Assembly (NCBI GenBank): GCA_951406725.2
Contig: OX597820.1
Coordinates: forward strand, 22,878,001-22,942,000
Reading direction: 5' to 3'
From: Octopus vulgaris
Taxonomy: Eukaryota
DNA: 64,000 nt
Below the pieces are notes generated by a model that saw only the letters and a list, made by a program, of their open reading frames with translations, had not been told where the DNA came from and did no database searches. Shown in pieces: positions 25,961-39,550 of the stretch; position 1 is the first letter of the stretch; each line of letters opens with the position of its first letter. Position numbers and translations under genes: made by a program.

Positions 25961-26209
25961 TATTATTACCGTGTGTGTGTATGTCTGTAGGTGGACAAGC
26001 AGCATCGAAGCATTTATAAATAAGTTAGACATGTATAATTAAGCAGAAAGATAGTCCATGGTAGTCCTTCTCAAATATATAGATATCCAGAGGTTTAAGG
26101 AATAGCAAATATTACCGGCATCCTTTCTGCATAATTATATATCTATATGCTTATTCGTATAACATATCTATAAATGCCTCTCCACGTTTTTTTTATCTTT
26201 ACTTTTGTT

Positions 26210-26470
26210 AGCTCAACCACATTGTTCCAGGTTCAGTCTTGTTACATAGTACCATGGGCAAGTGTCTTCCACCATAGCCTCTAGCCGACCAAAGCTTTGT
26301 GGGTGGGTGGATTTGGTAGACAGAAACTGAAAGAAACCTGTCACATACACACATGTTTGTGTCTGTTAGTCACATACCACTGTTTGACAGCTGGTGTTGG
26401 TGTGTTTACATCCCTGTAACTTAGCAGTTCAGCAAAAGAGATCCAATAGAGTAAGTACCAGGCTTCCAAA
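26210..26470 (+). mobile_element. Family A SINE (partial)
   Basis: ccaggttcagtc...gggcaagtgtcttc...gtaacttagcagttcagcaaaagag...aagtaccaggctt. Confidence 0.8.
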
Positions 26471-27308
26471 AAAAAAAAAAATTACAGAAACCAGCAAAGA
26501 ATGAATGGGTGTGTGCATGTGCATTGATTCATGCATCCATTTCTTGCCAGGCATGCATGGATTAATGAACGTATATTATTAAAGCAATGTTTTACATATG
26601 CACACACACACACACACACATTACACACAAGTCAACACGGATGTCAATTAGATAAATTACAGCAGCTCGTCAGTAATGCTGCATTTTGTGGTCATGATCA
26701 ACAGTTGAGTCCACTTAGATGTAAATAGCTCGAATGTTAAGTTGTAGCGACACTGTGGGATTGCATACCCAAGAACTTCTGGAAAAAGCTGTCTACAATG
26801 GATCGGTCTCACATTAGCTTAAATGCTATGGGAACCAGGAATACGAGCCAGTATCACGTATCCATGTGATTTGGAAAGAGTATGGGATAAGGATGTAACA
26901 ATACTAATTGTGGCTCTACATAATTTAGTACGTGTAAACAGCTAATTATTGCATGTAGTGTTTAAAGTAACTACTCTATAATGTATGCAATTGATTCCGA
27001 TGCCGCAACTAACTGCCCAGGAAAAATAGATAAATAAATAAATAACAACAAGAACAGCAACCATCAACTTTTCAGGTTACATAATTTATCAATATAACAT
27101 GATATGAAGAGATGGTAAATGGCAAAAAGCAAAACAAAAAAGAAATGTAATAACCCATATATAAAAAAAATATCACAATCATATCAAGGTTCCTCTCCCC
27201 ACAAACACCAGAATAAAACAATGTCAGAAGCATTAGGCTTTCCTGAAAGGGAATCTAATTGACAGTAAGGTTTGGGGGTTCTTTTTGTTTTGTTTTCATA
27301 TATATATA

Positions 27309-27577
27309 TGCTCGTCTGGCACCTGTGTCGGTGGCACATAAAAAACACCATCCGAGCATGGCCGTTCACCAGCCTCGTCTGGCACCTGTGTCGGTGGCAC
27401 ATAAAATCACCCACTACACTCTCGGAGTGGTTGGCGTTAGGAAGGGCATCCAGCTGTAGAAACAGTGCCAGATCTGACTGGCCTGGTGCAGCCTTCGGGC
27501 TTCCCAGACCCCAGTTGAACCGTCCAACCCATGCTAGCATGGAAAGCGGACGTTAAACGATGATGATGATGATGATG
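27309..27577 (+). mobile_element. Young family B SINE with internal 33-bp duplication and (GAT)n tail
   Basis: ctcgtctggcacctgtgtcggtggcacataaaa twice; ggaaagcggacgttaaacgatgatgat. Confidence 0.9.
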
Positions 27578-27617
<40 letters not shown>

Positions 27618-28264
27618 GTAAAGAGTTATATTAGCTTTATATTTAAGTCAAGTACTTATTTTATCAGTCTCTTTTGCTGAACCACCAAATTATGACGACA
27701 TTCATCAACATTGTTTCTTGGAGGGTGGGGGCACAGAAGCACACACACATATTATACATGACTGTTCTAACAAGGGAGTATCTGCAAAGTAGTTCGAGCT
27801 GACCTACTAAAAAAATAGTCAAAGAAGCCTCCACATATCACTCCCCACTACCTTAGAAAGTCGAGACATAGTAGCTCCACCCGCTGAAATAGAAGCCAAA
27901 GCTTCCTCAAATCACTACCTTTTGCCTTAGAAAGGAAGATCATGTTAGATAATGGAATCCTACATATTTTTGAATTGAGGACAAGATGATATGAGCTGGA
28001 ATATCTTTTCCCCTCAGTTTGCTCAGTCAGAGCTGACCTAAGCTAAACAAGTTACATTTTTAGACAAAGTTTCGATTTTTTTTTTTTTTTATGAATTATA
28101 GCATCTAAAAAATCCTTGAAACATAGAAACTCCGTCTCTAAGATATGAGCATCTATCATTTCACTGTAGGTTTCTCATAGACCTAATTGTTGAAATAGTC
28201 AGTATAAAGCTTGCAACAACTGTTCCTCACAAAAGCATTGTGTAAAGAAGGTAAAAATTTTTAA

Positions 28265-28459
28265 GTTTTCAGCACTCAGATTACTGTCTAATATGATGCT
28301 TATTAATCATACATTATCTTGAAACTTTAAAGACAATGATGTGAGAGCTTATTTTTAGAATGACATTGTAAAATAGATCTGAGAGGCTCGGTTTGCCAGT
28401 TTGAACATAAAACAGGTAGAATATTTGGGCCTCATATGTTCAATTTAAATGGTGAAGAG
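28265..28459 (-). mobile_element. M1 MITE, diverged, reverse orientation
   Basis: Reverse complement of the 17573-17793 motifs (gaatgacattgta, aaaacaggtagaatatttggg); ttaa at both ends. Confidence 0.65.
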
Positions 28460-29752
28460 TTAAACATATGCAACTATATTCTTAATGGTAATATAGTAAT
28501 TATAAACAGAATAGCTGTAAATCACAGCAGAAAAATGTATTTTGAAGAAATGATCTTAGATTTGAAAACCAATAGAATTAATTAAAAGAATTGGCCGATA
28601 TTTATTGCTTGCGTGTAAAATAGCAATTACATGAAAAATGGAAAATAATTTTCACAATTGTAAAAGTTTCAAATGTGAACAAAAATGACATGATTCGAAA
28701 CATTTCTCTAACAAACAGGCTATGGGTTTGTCCTCTTTCAAAAGCACTATAAAAAAATATATGTAAGTAAAAACAAATCAAAAGATTATTGTGCGCAATT
28801 AGGTCATCAGTTATAATAACGACTGTCTATTAGACAAATCAATTAGTAAAATGAAGACAATGGAGATACAATAAGCCAAATATATTAGAGAAACTTAATG
28901 ATTATCAGTTGTTTTGGTTAGAGATTATTAGAAACAATGTCATTAGATATGTAAAAAATGTTTCTATGTGAAGAATTTACAAAATATGGCTAGCAACCAA
29001 TAAGTACTTCTATAGCGAATATCATCTTTCCTAAAGAAATAATGCTGCCTGAAGATAAAACCAACCTACAGTAATGATATAATAACAAAGAAAGCAAAGT
29101 GCATACTTGCTCCTTGGTTACAGATATGATCTGTCAAGTTACAACTGAATATAGCTACACCTACGATTATGACCGAAGTGAGTCAAGATTAGCAAGTTCT
29201 CACTCACACACACATGTTTTACACTGTATAACCCACTAAAACTTAAGAAAGAGATGATAATCATCAGCCAAAGAATAAATGTAAGAACAAAGAAATGATT
29301 GATTACAGCTAGCAAAGAAACCAACCCTAAATTCTGTATTTAGAGAGGTGGTACCCAAGTCGTTTGATGCTCAGGGCTTACTGTAACCGAAAGGAATTTA
29401 ACAAATGTTCCCTCCATATGTTTTATATAAGAAAAAAAAGATAAATAAAAACTAATTATTTTAATCAAACAGAAGCTAATTTTGTATACTGGTTATTACC
29501 TATATTTTCTTAACAGATTCCAATCAGCATGTGGCTCCCTCCAGATATTTGTATGGATTTATGCCCCACTGCATTAAACTTTTATGAAAATACTAAAGAA
29601 GGTGAGGATTGACATAATGAAATTATAGTGGAGTGTTCAAGCATTACTAGTCATGCTTCTGCTCACTGATAATGCAATGCCTTTCTTGTATTTTAATCCT
29701 GACAAAGATTTTTTTTTTTTTTTCAAAAATTTATACAGAGTATAACTATTGT

Positions 29753-30030
29753 ATCATCATCATCGTCATCGTTTAATGTCCGTTCTCCATCCTAGCATGG
29801 GTTGGACAGTTCGACCGGGGATCTGGGAAGCCAGAAGGCTGCACCAGGCTCCGGTCTTATCTGGCAAAGTTTCTACAGCTGGATGCCCTTCGTAACGCCA
29901 ACCACTCCGTGAGTGTAGTGGGTGCTTTTTACGTGCCACCTGCACTGGTGCCAGGCGAGGCTGGCATCGGCCACGGTCGGATTGGTGCATTTTATGGAAG
30001 CCAGTCAAGGCGGCACTGGCTTCGGCTCTG
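29753..30030 (-). mobile_element. Young family B SINE
   Basis: (cat)n tail, then ctagcatgggttggacagttcgaccgggg...ctacagctggatgcccttcgtaacgccaaccactcc. Confidence 0.9.
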
Positions 30031-31459
30031 GTTGAAATATTTTATTTCAAAGAAAAATGTTGACCCTTCTAAAATACCCACGTCTTCCCATAGCCTCTCC
30101 TTAACAGTCAAGTGCCCCTTTGTATGCTAACACTACCTCAGTTAAGAACCACGTTCAGCAACATTTTAGAAGAGAGGAAAAAATAAGAATCACAAGAAAA
30201 GTACAGACGACATATTAGTAGTTTCCATGAAAATGTTTACAGCAATTTCACAATATGTTATTGAACTAACCTAAATCACAGGGCAATTTTTAACGACATC
30301 AAGGGGTTCGATTCACAAGTATTTAATTACAATTAGAACTATTAAAATAATGTATTCAAGTCGTTTGTGAAATGCTAATGTCCTACCTACACTTATCCCA
30401 AAGGTCAAGATTATCCAGCAGCCATGTTGTGAGCTAAAGAAAAGGACTGTTTCTATTTTGTTCTATTCCAACTCTATTGAAAATACAATGCTAATATCTG
30501 ATCACAACTGGACAAAGCATTTTACATTTTTAATCTGAATATTATTATTATGAATTTTTTTTTTCTCTTTCTCTTTTTTTCTTTTCATGAACGTAAAATA
30601 TCAAATGATATTTATGGTCTGAAAATATCAATATGCTTAATGATTACTTGTTTGTTTGTGTTTTTTTAATTTTTAATTACTTAGAGCAAGGATATGCAGC
30701 AGTACACATAGTCTTTGTATACTCAGACTGTTGAGTTCTATGGGGTCGGTGCCCATAGGAAAAATGTAAGGGAGAAAGAAGTGGGTTCTTGAGCATTGTA
30801 GTTTTAAATAGGAAGATTGAGTAACTAAAAGAATGATATATGAGATTTTTGTATATTATCTTTCGCTGTAGCATCTATGTAATTAGTAATAAAAAAAATT
30901 TGTAAAACCTGAAACATAATTTCATTTGCACTTGTGTCAGGGAGGGAAAATGGCAATTTATATCTTAAGATAAAATAAACTTCAGCTAATATAATCAAGT
31001 TGTTTTCATGTGAGTATGTCTGTGTGGTAGTGGTGGTAGAGGTCTAGAGTTCTACATTCAGTATAACTGTTTTCTTTATAGAAGTGACAAAAACAGCCAA
31101 ATACAAAAAGCAACAATATTTGCCAGAAACTGAGAACAAAAGCATAAAGATAAAAAGTGGTGGAAAATAGCTTTTGTTTTTGTTTTTTCTTCTTATCTCA
31201 TAGTCAGGAGAGAGGAGGTGGAACCCATAACCTGTTACACAGCCTCCAAGACTAGTACAAGAGAGAAAGGAAGGTATGCTCAAACCAGAAACTTAACCTG
31301 AATGTTTGAACTCCACCAAAGACACCCAGGGTGCCAGGTGATGGTGTTTAAACCAAGTCATGGATTATCAATTCTACAATCTGAGTAGGCCTTGGCAGGA
31401 TTTGAACTCAGAATGCAAAGAACCAGAACAAAGTGCAGACATCCAATTTGATGTTCTTA

Positions 31460-31832
31460 GGTGTGGCTGTGTGGTAAGAAGTTTGCTTCCCAGCCACATG
31501 CTTCCAAGTTCAGTCCCACTGTGTGACACCTTGGCCAAGTGCCTTCCACTATAGACTTGGGCCGACAAAAGCCCTGGGAGTGAATTTGGTGGATGGAAAC
31601 TAAAAGAAGCCCATTGTGTGTGTATGTGTGCGCATGCACATGTGCATGTCCCAGTACTGGTTGACAAACAGGTTGGTGTGTTTATATCCCCATAAACTTA
31701 GTGGTTCAACAAAAGAGACTGGTAAAATAAGTACCAGGCTTCAAGAATAAGTACTGGGGTTGATTTGTTTGACTAAAATTCTTCAGTGCCCCAGCTTAGC
31801 CACAATTTAATGATTGAAAAAAGTAAAAGATA
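31460..31832 (+). mobile_element. Family A SINE
   Basis: Full head-to-tail homology with 50077-50480. Confidence 0.85.
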
Positions 31833-32579
31833 ATCCACCACTCTGGACTGGTATGGCTTCTTATATTGACTTCAATGAATAATGACAAGATGAAAGGAAC
31901 AGTTGACCCCAAACATGATTTGATCTCAAGAGTACAGAGAACTGGAACAAATACCACAAGGCATTCTGATGCACCAACAGCTCTGCCAATTCACCACCCT
32001 AGATAAAACTGATAAGAGCTGGAACTCCTGTATACTTAGATAAGACATTTTCTTCTATATAAAACCTGGCAATCATTCTGTATAAACATCTACAACTTGA
32101 TTTTCCCACAAAGTACAAAAGAAAAAAAAAAAGATTAAAATTTGCTAAAATCAGCTCATTTTGCTTGGCAATTGGCTTTATCATACTTAATTACAGAGAC
32201 AGAATTATTAAAAATTGTAATTAACCTGCACCAACAAAAAAAGGAAATTACTAAAAGATATTTAATTATACATTTAATTTTGATAAAAGCTACTTAAAAT
32301 ATATGTTCATGGCGTTCATGTGTGTGTGTGTGTGTGTGTGTGTAATGACAAAATGCAAATATCTGACATTACTGTTTTTGATAAATATTTAAATGAAAGA
32401 TCCATAAAAACTTGAAAGCAACACTAAAAGTAATTTTTCTTTAAAAATTAAAATCTTTATCTAGGGATTTTCCCGCAGAGGTGGGGGGGGGGGTGAGAGA
32501 ATGATGATGGGGAACAGAGGTCAAACACGAGAAAGGGTGAGAGGAAAGAGATAGAAAAGAAAGAGAAGAAAACGAGATA

Positions 32580-32985
32580 TTATTTAATGTCCACTGTTCC
32601 ATGCTTGCAAGGGTCAGGTGGAATTTGTTGCCAACCCTCACCAGTTTCCAAGCTTGTAGTTAGACATGTTCTTACAGAAAACTGAAAATAAACGACATCA
32701 CTTGGATGATGACGATTCTCATTTATAATCACCACATGATGTCTAGACAGTGACGTGCACACACACACACACGCGCTCTCTCTCTCTCTCTCTCTCTCTC
32801 CCCCTCTCATAACATTCTCACACACACAAAAAGCTTCTTTAAGCTTCTATCTAACAAATCTACTCACAAGGCTTTGGGCACCCTGAGACTATAGTAGGGC
32901 ACACTTGCCGAGAGTGCCACACAGTGGGACTGAACCAAAGACCACACGCTTGGGAAGCAAGCTTCTTAACCACGCAGCCACATCT
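32580..32985 (-). mobile_element. Family A head with RTE-type tail
   Basis: cacagtgggactgaacc...gggaagcaagcttcttaaccacgcagccac head; tttaatgtccactgttccatgcttgca tail. Confidence 0.75.
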
Positions 32986-33535
32986 GTGACATGACACACA
33001 GAAAGTAAAGAGAAATGAAGCTAGAAAGAAATGAAAACAAGAAAGCGAGACGCACTGAACAAAACAGAGAGGTGGGGGTAGTCCAGAATATTTGCAGACA
33101 GTTGGCTAATTCTAAATGAGACTTTTGAAATGGAGACAACAGGTGCATATTTGAATCTAAGATTAATACAAGGACATAAATGTCAGACGGACACCAGACT
33201 ACTCAATGTCTTGTTCTGTAAGAATTTAACTTCACTGAATAGTATTAGTTTTATACATCATCATCATCATTCAGTGTCCACTTTCCATGCAAAGAATAGA
33301 GGACGAAAGTTACCGAGGCAGATTTTCACTGTCCAGATGCCCTTCCTGTCACCAACCCTTACCTGTTTCCAAGTAAGGTGATATCTCCTTAAGGCCAGAC
33401 ATGTACTCACAGGCTACTGAAAATGAACGAAACTACTTATATGACAGTGACGCGCATTTACAACCATCACAATGTCAAGATCACACGCGCGCGCACGCAC
33501 GCACGCACACACACACACACCAGGGTTTTTTCAAT

Positions 33536-33760
33536 TTCTTATTTCTTTATTGCCCACAAGGGGCCTAAACATAGGGGAGACAAACAAGGATAAAAGGATT
33601 AAGTCGATTACATCGACCCCAGTGTGTAACTGGTACTTAATTTATCGACCCCGAAAGAATGAAAGGCAAAGTCGTCCTCGGCAGAATTTGAACTCAGAAC
33701 GTAACGACAGATGAAATAACGCTAAGCATTTCACCCGGTGTGCTAACGTTTCTGTCAGTT
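33536..33760 (-). mobile_element. Young family C SINE nested in an A-head/RTE-tail SINE (other C copies ~34355-34560, 36200-36420, 49295-49455, 55520-55740)
   Basis: gtcgattacatcgaccccagt...tttatcgaccccgaaagaatgaaaggcaaagtcg...gaatttgaactcagaacgta; the B box is on the minus strand. Confidence 0.85.
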
Positions 33761-33867
33761 TTCTTTTAATTTCTGGTAACCAAATCCAGCCACAAGGCTT
33801 TGGCGGGCCTGAACCCATAATTATGAGGTTAGGAAACTCTCTCTCTCTCCCCTACACACACACACAC

Positions 33868-33923
<56 letters not shown>

Positions 33924-36629
33924 AGCTGAGTATGATAATCACCTCAACACAAAATGTGTGATTTGCATCGTAAGTGAAATAGGAGTTTATGGCGTTGGTA
34001 TCTTTTTTAATGGTATGTGTTTAATGTGTAATTAATGTGATTTCAAATTGCTTTCAATGAAATCTGAAATTGGGTGGCAAACTCTTTTTATCAAGAACTT
34101 TGCTTGACAGTGAGAAAAAAAGAAATTATCACTTTTATTTTAATCTTTAATTTAATGTTATTTATATCAAAGATCAAAGTAGAAAATTAATCCCATTTTT
34201 CTTTTATTTTTTCTATCAATTGTCGCTAATTAAGCAATTTAGCACACATTTAACTCACTTTTTAGAGAATATTGAATGAATTCTCAAATCCAAATGAATA
34301 AAATTACTTCTGATAAGAAATTTATTACAACTAATGCAAAGAACCAAAATAATAATAATCCTTTCTTCTATAGGCACAAAGCCTGAAATTTTAAGGAGGG
34401 ACTTAGTCAATTACATCAACTCCAGTGCTCAACTGGTATTTATTTCATCAATCCTGGAAGGATAAAAGGCAAAGTTGACTTTGGTGGAACATAAAGACGG
34501 GTAAAATGTCACTAAGCATTTTGTCTGGCATACTCATAATTCAGCCAGTTCACCACCTTAATAATATAGGCACAAGGCCTGAAATTTGGGGATGTGTTTT
34601 TACACACTGGTTCAACTAAATACAGTTAAGAATCGAAGGTTTTGCTTTCTGATTACTATGTGAAATCAGAAGAATCTGTTGAAGAATGGTTAACCTTAGT
34701 GACATTATAAGACAGCAAAAATGAATTTCAAAACCCACAACATTCTCAAGAAAATTTTGAAACCTCAACAACCAAGAATCAAAACTGTTTCACTGACTTT
34801 TCTTGCCAAGAACCCATCTCTAACCCACAATCCTTACCATTTATATTATTTTATTCCTTTACTCATGCCTGCAAGAGAACTGCTTTTAAGGGTTTAGTCG
34901 ATAATACTGTATTTTAGACGAGAACTTATCAATTCCTAATTGCTAAGTGACAGGACATAAAAGTTCATAACATAACCACAAGCAAAAGCATGAACACATA
35001 TACACACAAGAAAAAATACACTCATAAATCAGTGATCAACCAAAGGCTAGTATTGAACTTGGAACCTCATGATTGTAAAGCAAACTTAACCAAATAGACA
35101 TGCCGCCAACTGAATAAATACTTCAAGACATATGTGTACAAGTGTCAAAAGAATCAGTTATGCATGCAAACATATCTACATGTGCCCAGTTAAATTTACA
35201 AATTAGAGTTTATCAATAAATTTCCGTTGAATATTTTATAGCTACTTGACAGGAAAGATGAAAGACACAGAGGGAGTTAAGTGTCCTAAATATTTCAACA
35301 TTTAATTTTTATGTTCTATCAAATTTGTTTATGTTGATTCCAGAAATGTGCAAATAACTTCCATCCAACAAATTGCCAGGCTAAGTATGTTAATAGAGAC
35401 ACAATTACCAGCCTAATGTAGCTGCAATATTCATGAAGATTGTAACTTCAATGTAGATTCGTAAATTCAAACATTACTAGTGTTTAGCCAGAACACAGAA
35501 CCATTTATAGAGTCACTGGTGTTGCATGCAATATTTTTCTGAGGATAAAACTGAAATTGATTTGGCTTGAGATTTCTATTTTGCCTCACAGTCATATATA
35601 AAAAACATCTTCCGCTAATCTAAAAAAATCATAGGTGAATCATAGAGGATTGAATAAGTAAACAGGTTTATCAGAAGGGCTGGCAATACACATTGTATTA
35701 CCAATACTACATGGTGTCTGAGATGATTAACTCTTAATGATCAAGTTCATTATGTCAGAAGAGCAAGTGATATAGTTCACTGCAGTTTGCAGTAGCCACA
35801 CAGTGAAATTAACAAGTGAATCATCAAACTTGCAGTACTGGGTTCAGTTCTAGTCAAGCAAAAGGTAGCCTGTTATCTTCCCATCCAGATACAAGTAATT
35901 CATTTCTAGAATACTTGATACTAATGATAAGTGTCAACTCTGGGAGTACTAATAACTTAGGATTGTATCTGGTGTCAAAGAGATGGTTGAGACAAATTTA
36001 CACATGGAAAGCGGGTACTAGTGAATTAAAAAGCACAGACTTACACAATTAAAATATAATTTCTTATACTGCCCCAGCCATTTAAAAAAATAAGAGTAGA
36101 GAATATCACTTCAGGAATTGAACTATATATCAGTCACACATTATGTGATTATGATAACAATAATACACCAAGATGACCTGATAGACAACTAAACAATAAT
36201 GATGGTTTCAAATTTCAGCACAGGGCCAGCAGTTTTTTAGGGTAATGAGGAATTGATTATATCAACCCTAGAACTTGACAGGTACTTATTTCATTGACTC
36301 CAAAATGATGTAATGCAAAACCAATTTCAGCAGAATTTGAGTTCAGAATGTAAAGATGGACAAAATACCAATAAACACTTTGTCTAGCATATTAATAGTT
36401 CCACCAGCTTGCCATCTTCAACCAAACAATAGCAGCAACAATCTGGCTTCTATAGTCAACATTATGAATCTAATCCTCATTTTTGTTGTTGTTACTAGTT
36501 ACTGTTTAATCAGATTATTACTGTTGCTATTGTGTAATTTTTCCCACTGAATAATAGCCAGGTAAAAGAGTATTAAGTCATTTATTGCTTATAAGAACTT
36601 GTTTGATTTATTAGCCAATGTAATTAGTA

Positions 36630-37175
36630 ATTATATTTCTTGTAGTATGTATACTGTTTATATTAGTCAGATTAGTGTTATCATCTTGACTGTTGCTTTC
36701 ACTACATTTTGGCTGTTGTATGCTCCAGCCTTCTTCAGGTGTCATATGTTGAACTTGGTTGTTGTATTGGAATTTTAAACTTAACCCTTTATTTGATCGC
36801 CAAGGAGGCACACAGTTCTCATGCTGCTCTCTGTGTTTCGTAGTAGATAAAGACATTGGTTAATGCAGTGCAATCACCTAGGAGGTTCTGGTTCAATCCC
36901 AGATCAGGAACTAAGGTAATTCACAGAAATCAACTGAAGCAAAACATGTCACGAGACGCAGAAAGCAAAATGAGAACTTTGTACCCTCGTGGATCGAATA
37001 AAGGGTTAAGTTTGAAATTCCAATACAACAACTAAGTTCAACACAAGACACCCGAAGAAGGTTGGCATGTACAACAGCTGAAACATAGAGAAAGCAACAA
37101 TAAAGATGAGAACACAACTCCAACTAATATAAAATGTATACATAATATGAATTCCCCATCTAACAAATATAAAAA
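36630..37175. mobile_element. Fold-back element: inverted ~200-bp arms, tRNA-like loop, hammerhead-like motif in each arm (Penelope/retrozyme-like)
   Basis: 36681-36842 aligns to the reverse complement of 36950-37109. B box ggttcaatccc at 36890-36900. Motifs ctgaagaaggctg...cagccaaaa (minus) and ccgaagaaggttg...cagctgaaac (plus). Confidence 0.7.
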
Positions 37176-38509
37176 TATTGTATATTTCTTGTAACAGATA
37201 AACATATACTAGAAGAAGAATGAATAGCTTTCTCTGGTGGTCTTGCCACTGTTTTAGCCTCAGCTCAACACTGATTGAATGCTGCTATGATCAAAAATAC
37301 TCTAACCATGACCATCACATCTTTACAGAGATATGCAGGACTGCACTATCCAACATCTTACTGCTAAACTATGCAGTCGGCACTCAAAATTAAATTATCA
37401 ATTAATCACATTTCCCAGTGCTACTCAATGATTTTACAAACATTTCTATATAATAACCCAATTACTATATGATCAACAATCAACAATGAGGATTATAATT
37501 TCACTAATGATCAATCTCCTTTCCCAAAGTGCTGAGTTATAGGAATGTAAACAAACCAACACTAGTTTTCATGTGGCTGCAGGTGACAAATACACATACA
37601 CACATGCATGCATGTATGTATGTATATGATAGACCTCCACACAGTTTTGTCAACCAAATTCACCCACAAGGCATTAGTTGGCCCAGGACTAAGGTAGAAG
37701 ACACTTGCCGAGATGCCACATACTGGAACTGAACCTAAAACCAAATGGTCGCAAACTAAGTTTGGTCACTTAACCAGAGAATCATGACCTCTTGTTACAG
37801 CACTATATTGAATCAAGAATAAAAGATTATTTTTACTAAGTGATGTTATCCTACAACAGAGAAAAACAGAAAAGATGGAACTGGTTGTAAATCATAGAAA
37901 AATGTGGAAACTAGTGAACCACTTAGCGATTTACAACGCTGAGCTTTGAATGCATTCACAAAAATAAAATTTAAAAAAGAAATTTTTTAAAAGTAAATAG
38001 CTACTTATATAAAAATATACATCAAAAACATATTCTTTTGCAGAAATAATACTACTGTCATCAACGATAGAAGAAGTTTGACTTTTCTTGCTATTACCAA
38101 TTCTAGTTACTAAGCAACTACTGACTTTTAAACCAGACTTGTTCAGGTCACCTAGATAACATAGCTTGGTTAATATTTAATGACTTATTACTGCAATCCA
38201 TTTTCTTCATGTCCAGACTTTATGCACTGTCAATTTTGCATTAATGAACTTAGTGCACAAGCAAGCCAAGTTCACTGTCAGATGCCCTTAGTGTCAACAT
38301 AGTAACACTGTCTGAATTATAATCTTTCCTTCACACTCAAGGGCTGAACTAGTTAACTGCTGCTCAGTTTCTAGAGTCTGCAGACATTACATATATTAGA
38401 TAATACTATTTCAGCTTCTCTCATATTCATCCGTAATTCACTGATTCAAGCACTTCTGTCCAGGTAAGAAACATGTGTCTGAAGAACAAAAACTGGTAAT
38501 CATATTTCG

Positions 38510-38840
38510 TTTCAGTTATTAGACAATGACTATGCTGCGGCATCACCATGAAGAGTATTCATAGAACGAAGTGATACCAGTACTCTCTTTTTTTCATGGT
38601 CTGGTACTTTTGCCAAACTACTAAATTACAGGGATGTAAACAAACCAACACTAGCTGTCAAGAGGGTGTTGGCAAACACAGAAGCACATGCACACAAACA
38701 GACTTCCACAAGGTTTCTGTTGAGCAAATCCACTCACAGGCACTAGTTGGCCAGGGGCTATAGCAGAAGCTTGCTCAAAATGCCATTCAGTGGGGCGGAA
38801 CCTAAAATCATATAGTTACAAACTAGGCTTCTTAACCACA
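38510..38840 (-). mobile_element. Family A SINE, diverged
   Basis: Reverse complement of family A (aaatccactcacagg, ggcttcttaaccacag). Confidence 0.7.
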
Positions 38841-39216
38841 GAACCTTTCTTCTTTTTACTGCTTTGGCTGTTGGATGGAAAATGATTTGGGGTTCAGGGC
38901 AGAAATGAAAAGTATGGCAGTTTAGTTTTAAATACAAAGAGAGAAAAAATTGTACATTTTGCTTCATAGGAAAGGGCACTGCCCCAGTTCAGGAATTGAA
39001 GAGTCAATTGGTTGGGTTAATGCTCAATTTTAATTGCTCTAGGTTACTAACAGCAGAAAAAGAATAGACAAACAGAGTAAGATTTTCAATGAGATGCAAT
39101 CTTTAAGAAGAAAGATTACAAAAAAAAAAGAGGACTTAGAGGTTTGAGACATTGTGGGAGATGAGACCAAAAAAAGTGAGAGTATGAAATCAATAGACTA
39201 GGACAGAAAGTTGAGC

Positions 39217-39550
39217 AGGCATGGCTGTGTGGCACTTTGGATGTGTCGTCTATTATAACACCTGGTCAATCAATGCTTCATGAGTGGATTCGGTAGGTGG
39301 AAATTGTGTGGAAACCTGTTGTGCCTATGTGCGTTTATGTATCTGTTTCACCACCACCATTGACTAACAATTAGTGTTGGTTTGTTTACATACCCATAAT
39401 TTAGCAGTTTGGCAAAAGAAACAGATAAAATAAGTAACAAACTTTAAAACCTGGAACTGGGAGTCAATTTTTTCGACTACACCCTTCAAGGTAGTACCCC
39501 AGCATGGCCACAGTCCTATAACTGGCCAAGCAAAATGTAAAAGATAAAGA
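39217..39550 (+). mobile_element. Family A SINE, diverged
   Basis: ggcatggctgtgtgg...cccagcatggccacagtcc...gtaaaagataaaga. Confidence 0.75.

Noticed and set aside
27184-27556. Recurrent ORFs with LGRASSCRN motifs (also at 432, 19640, 25014)
   Set aside because: Translations of the non-coding SINE family B, not a protein family.
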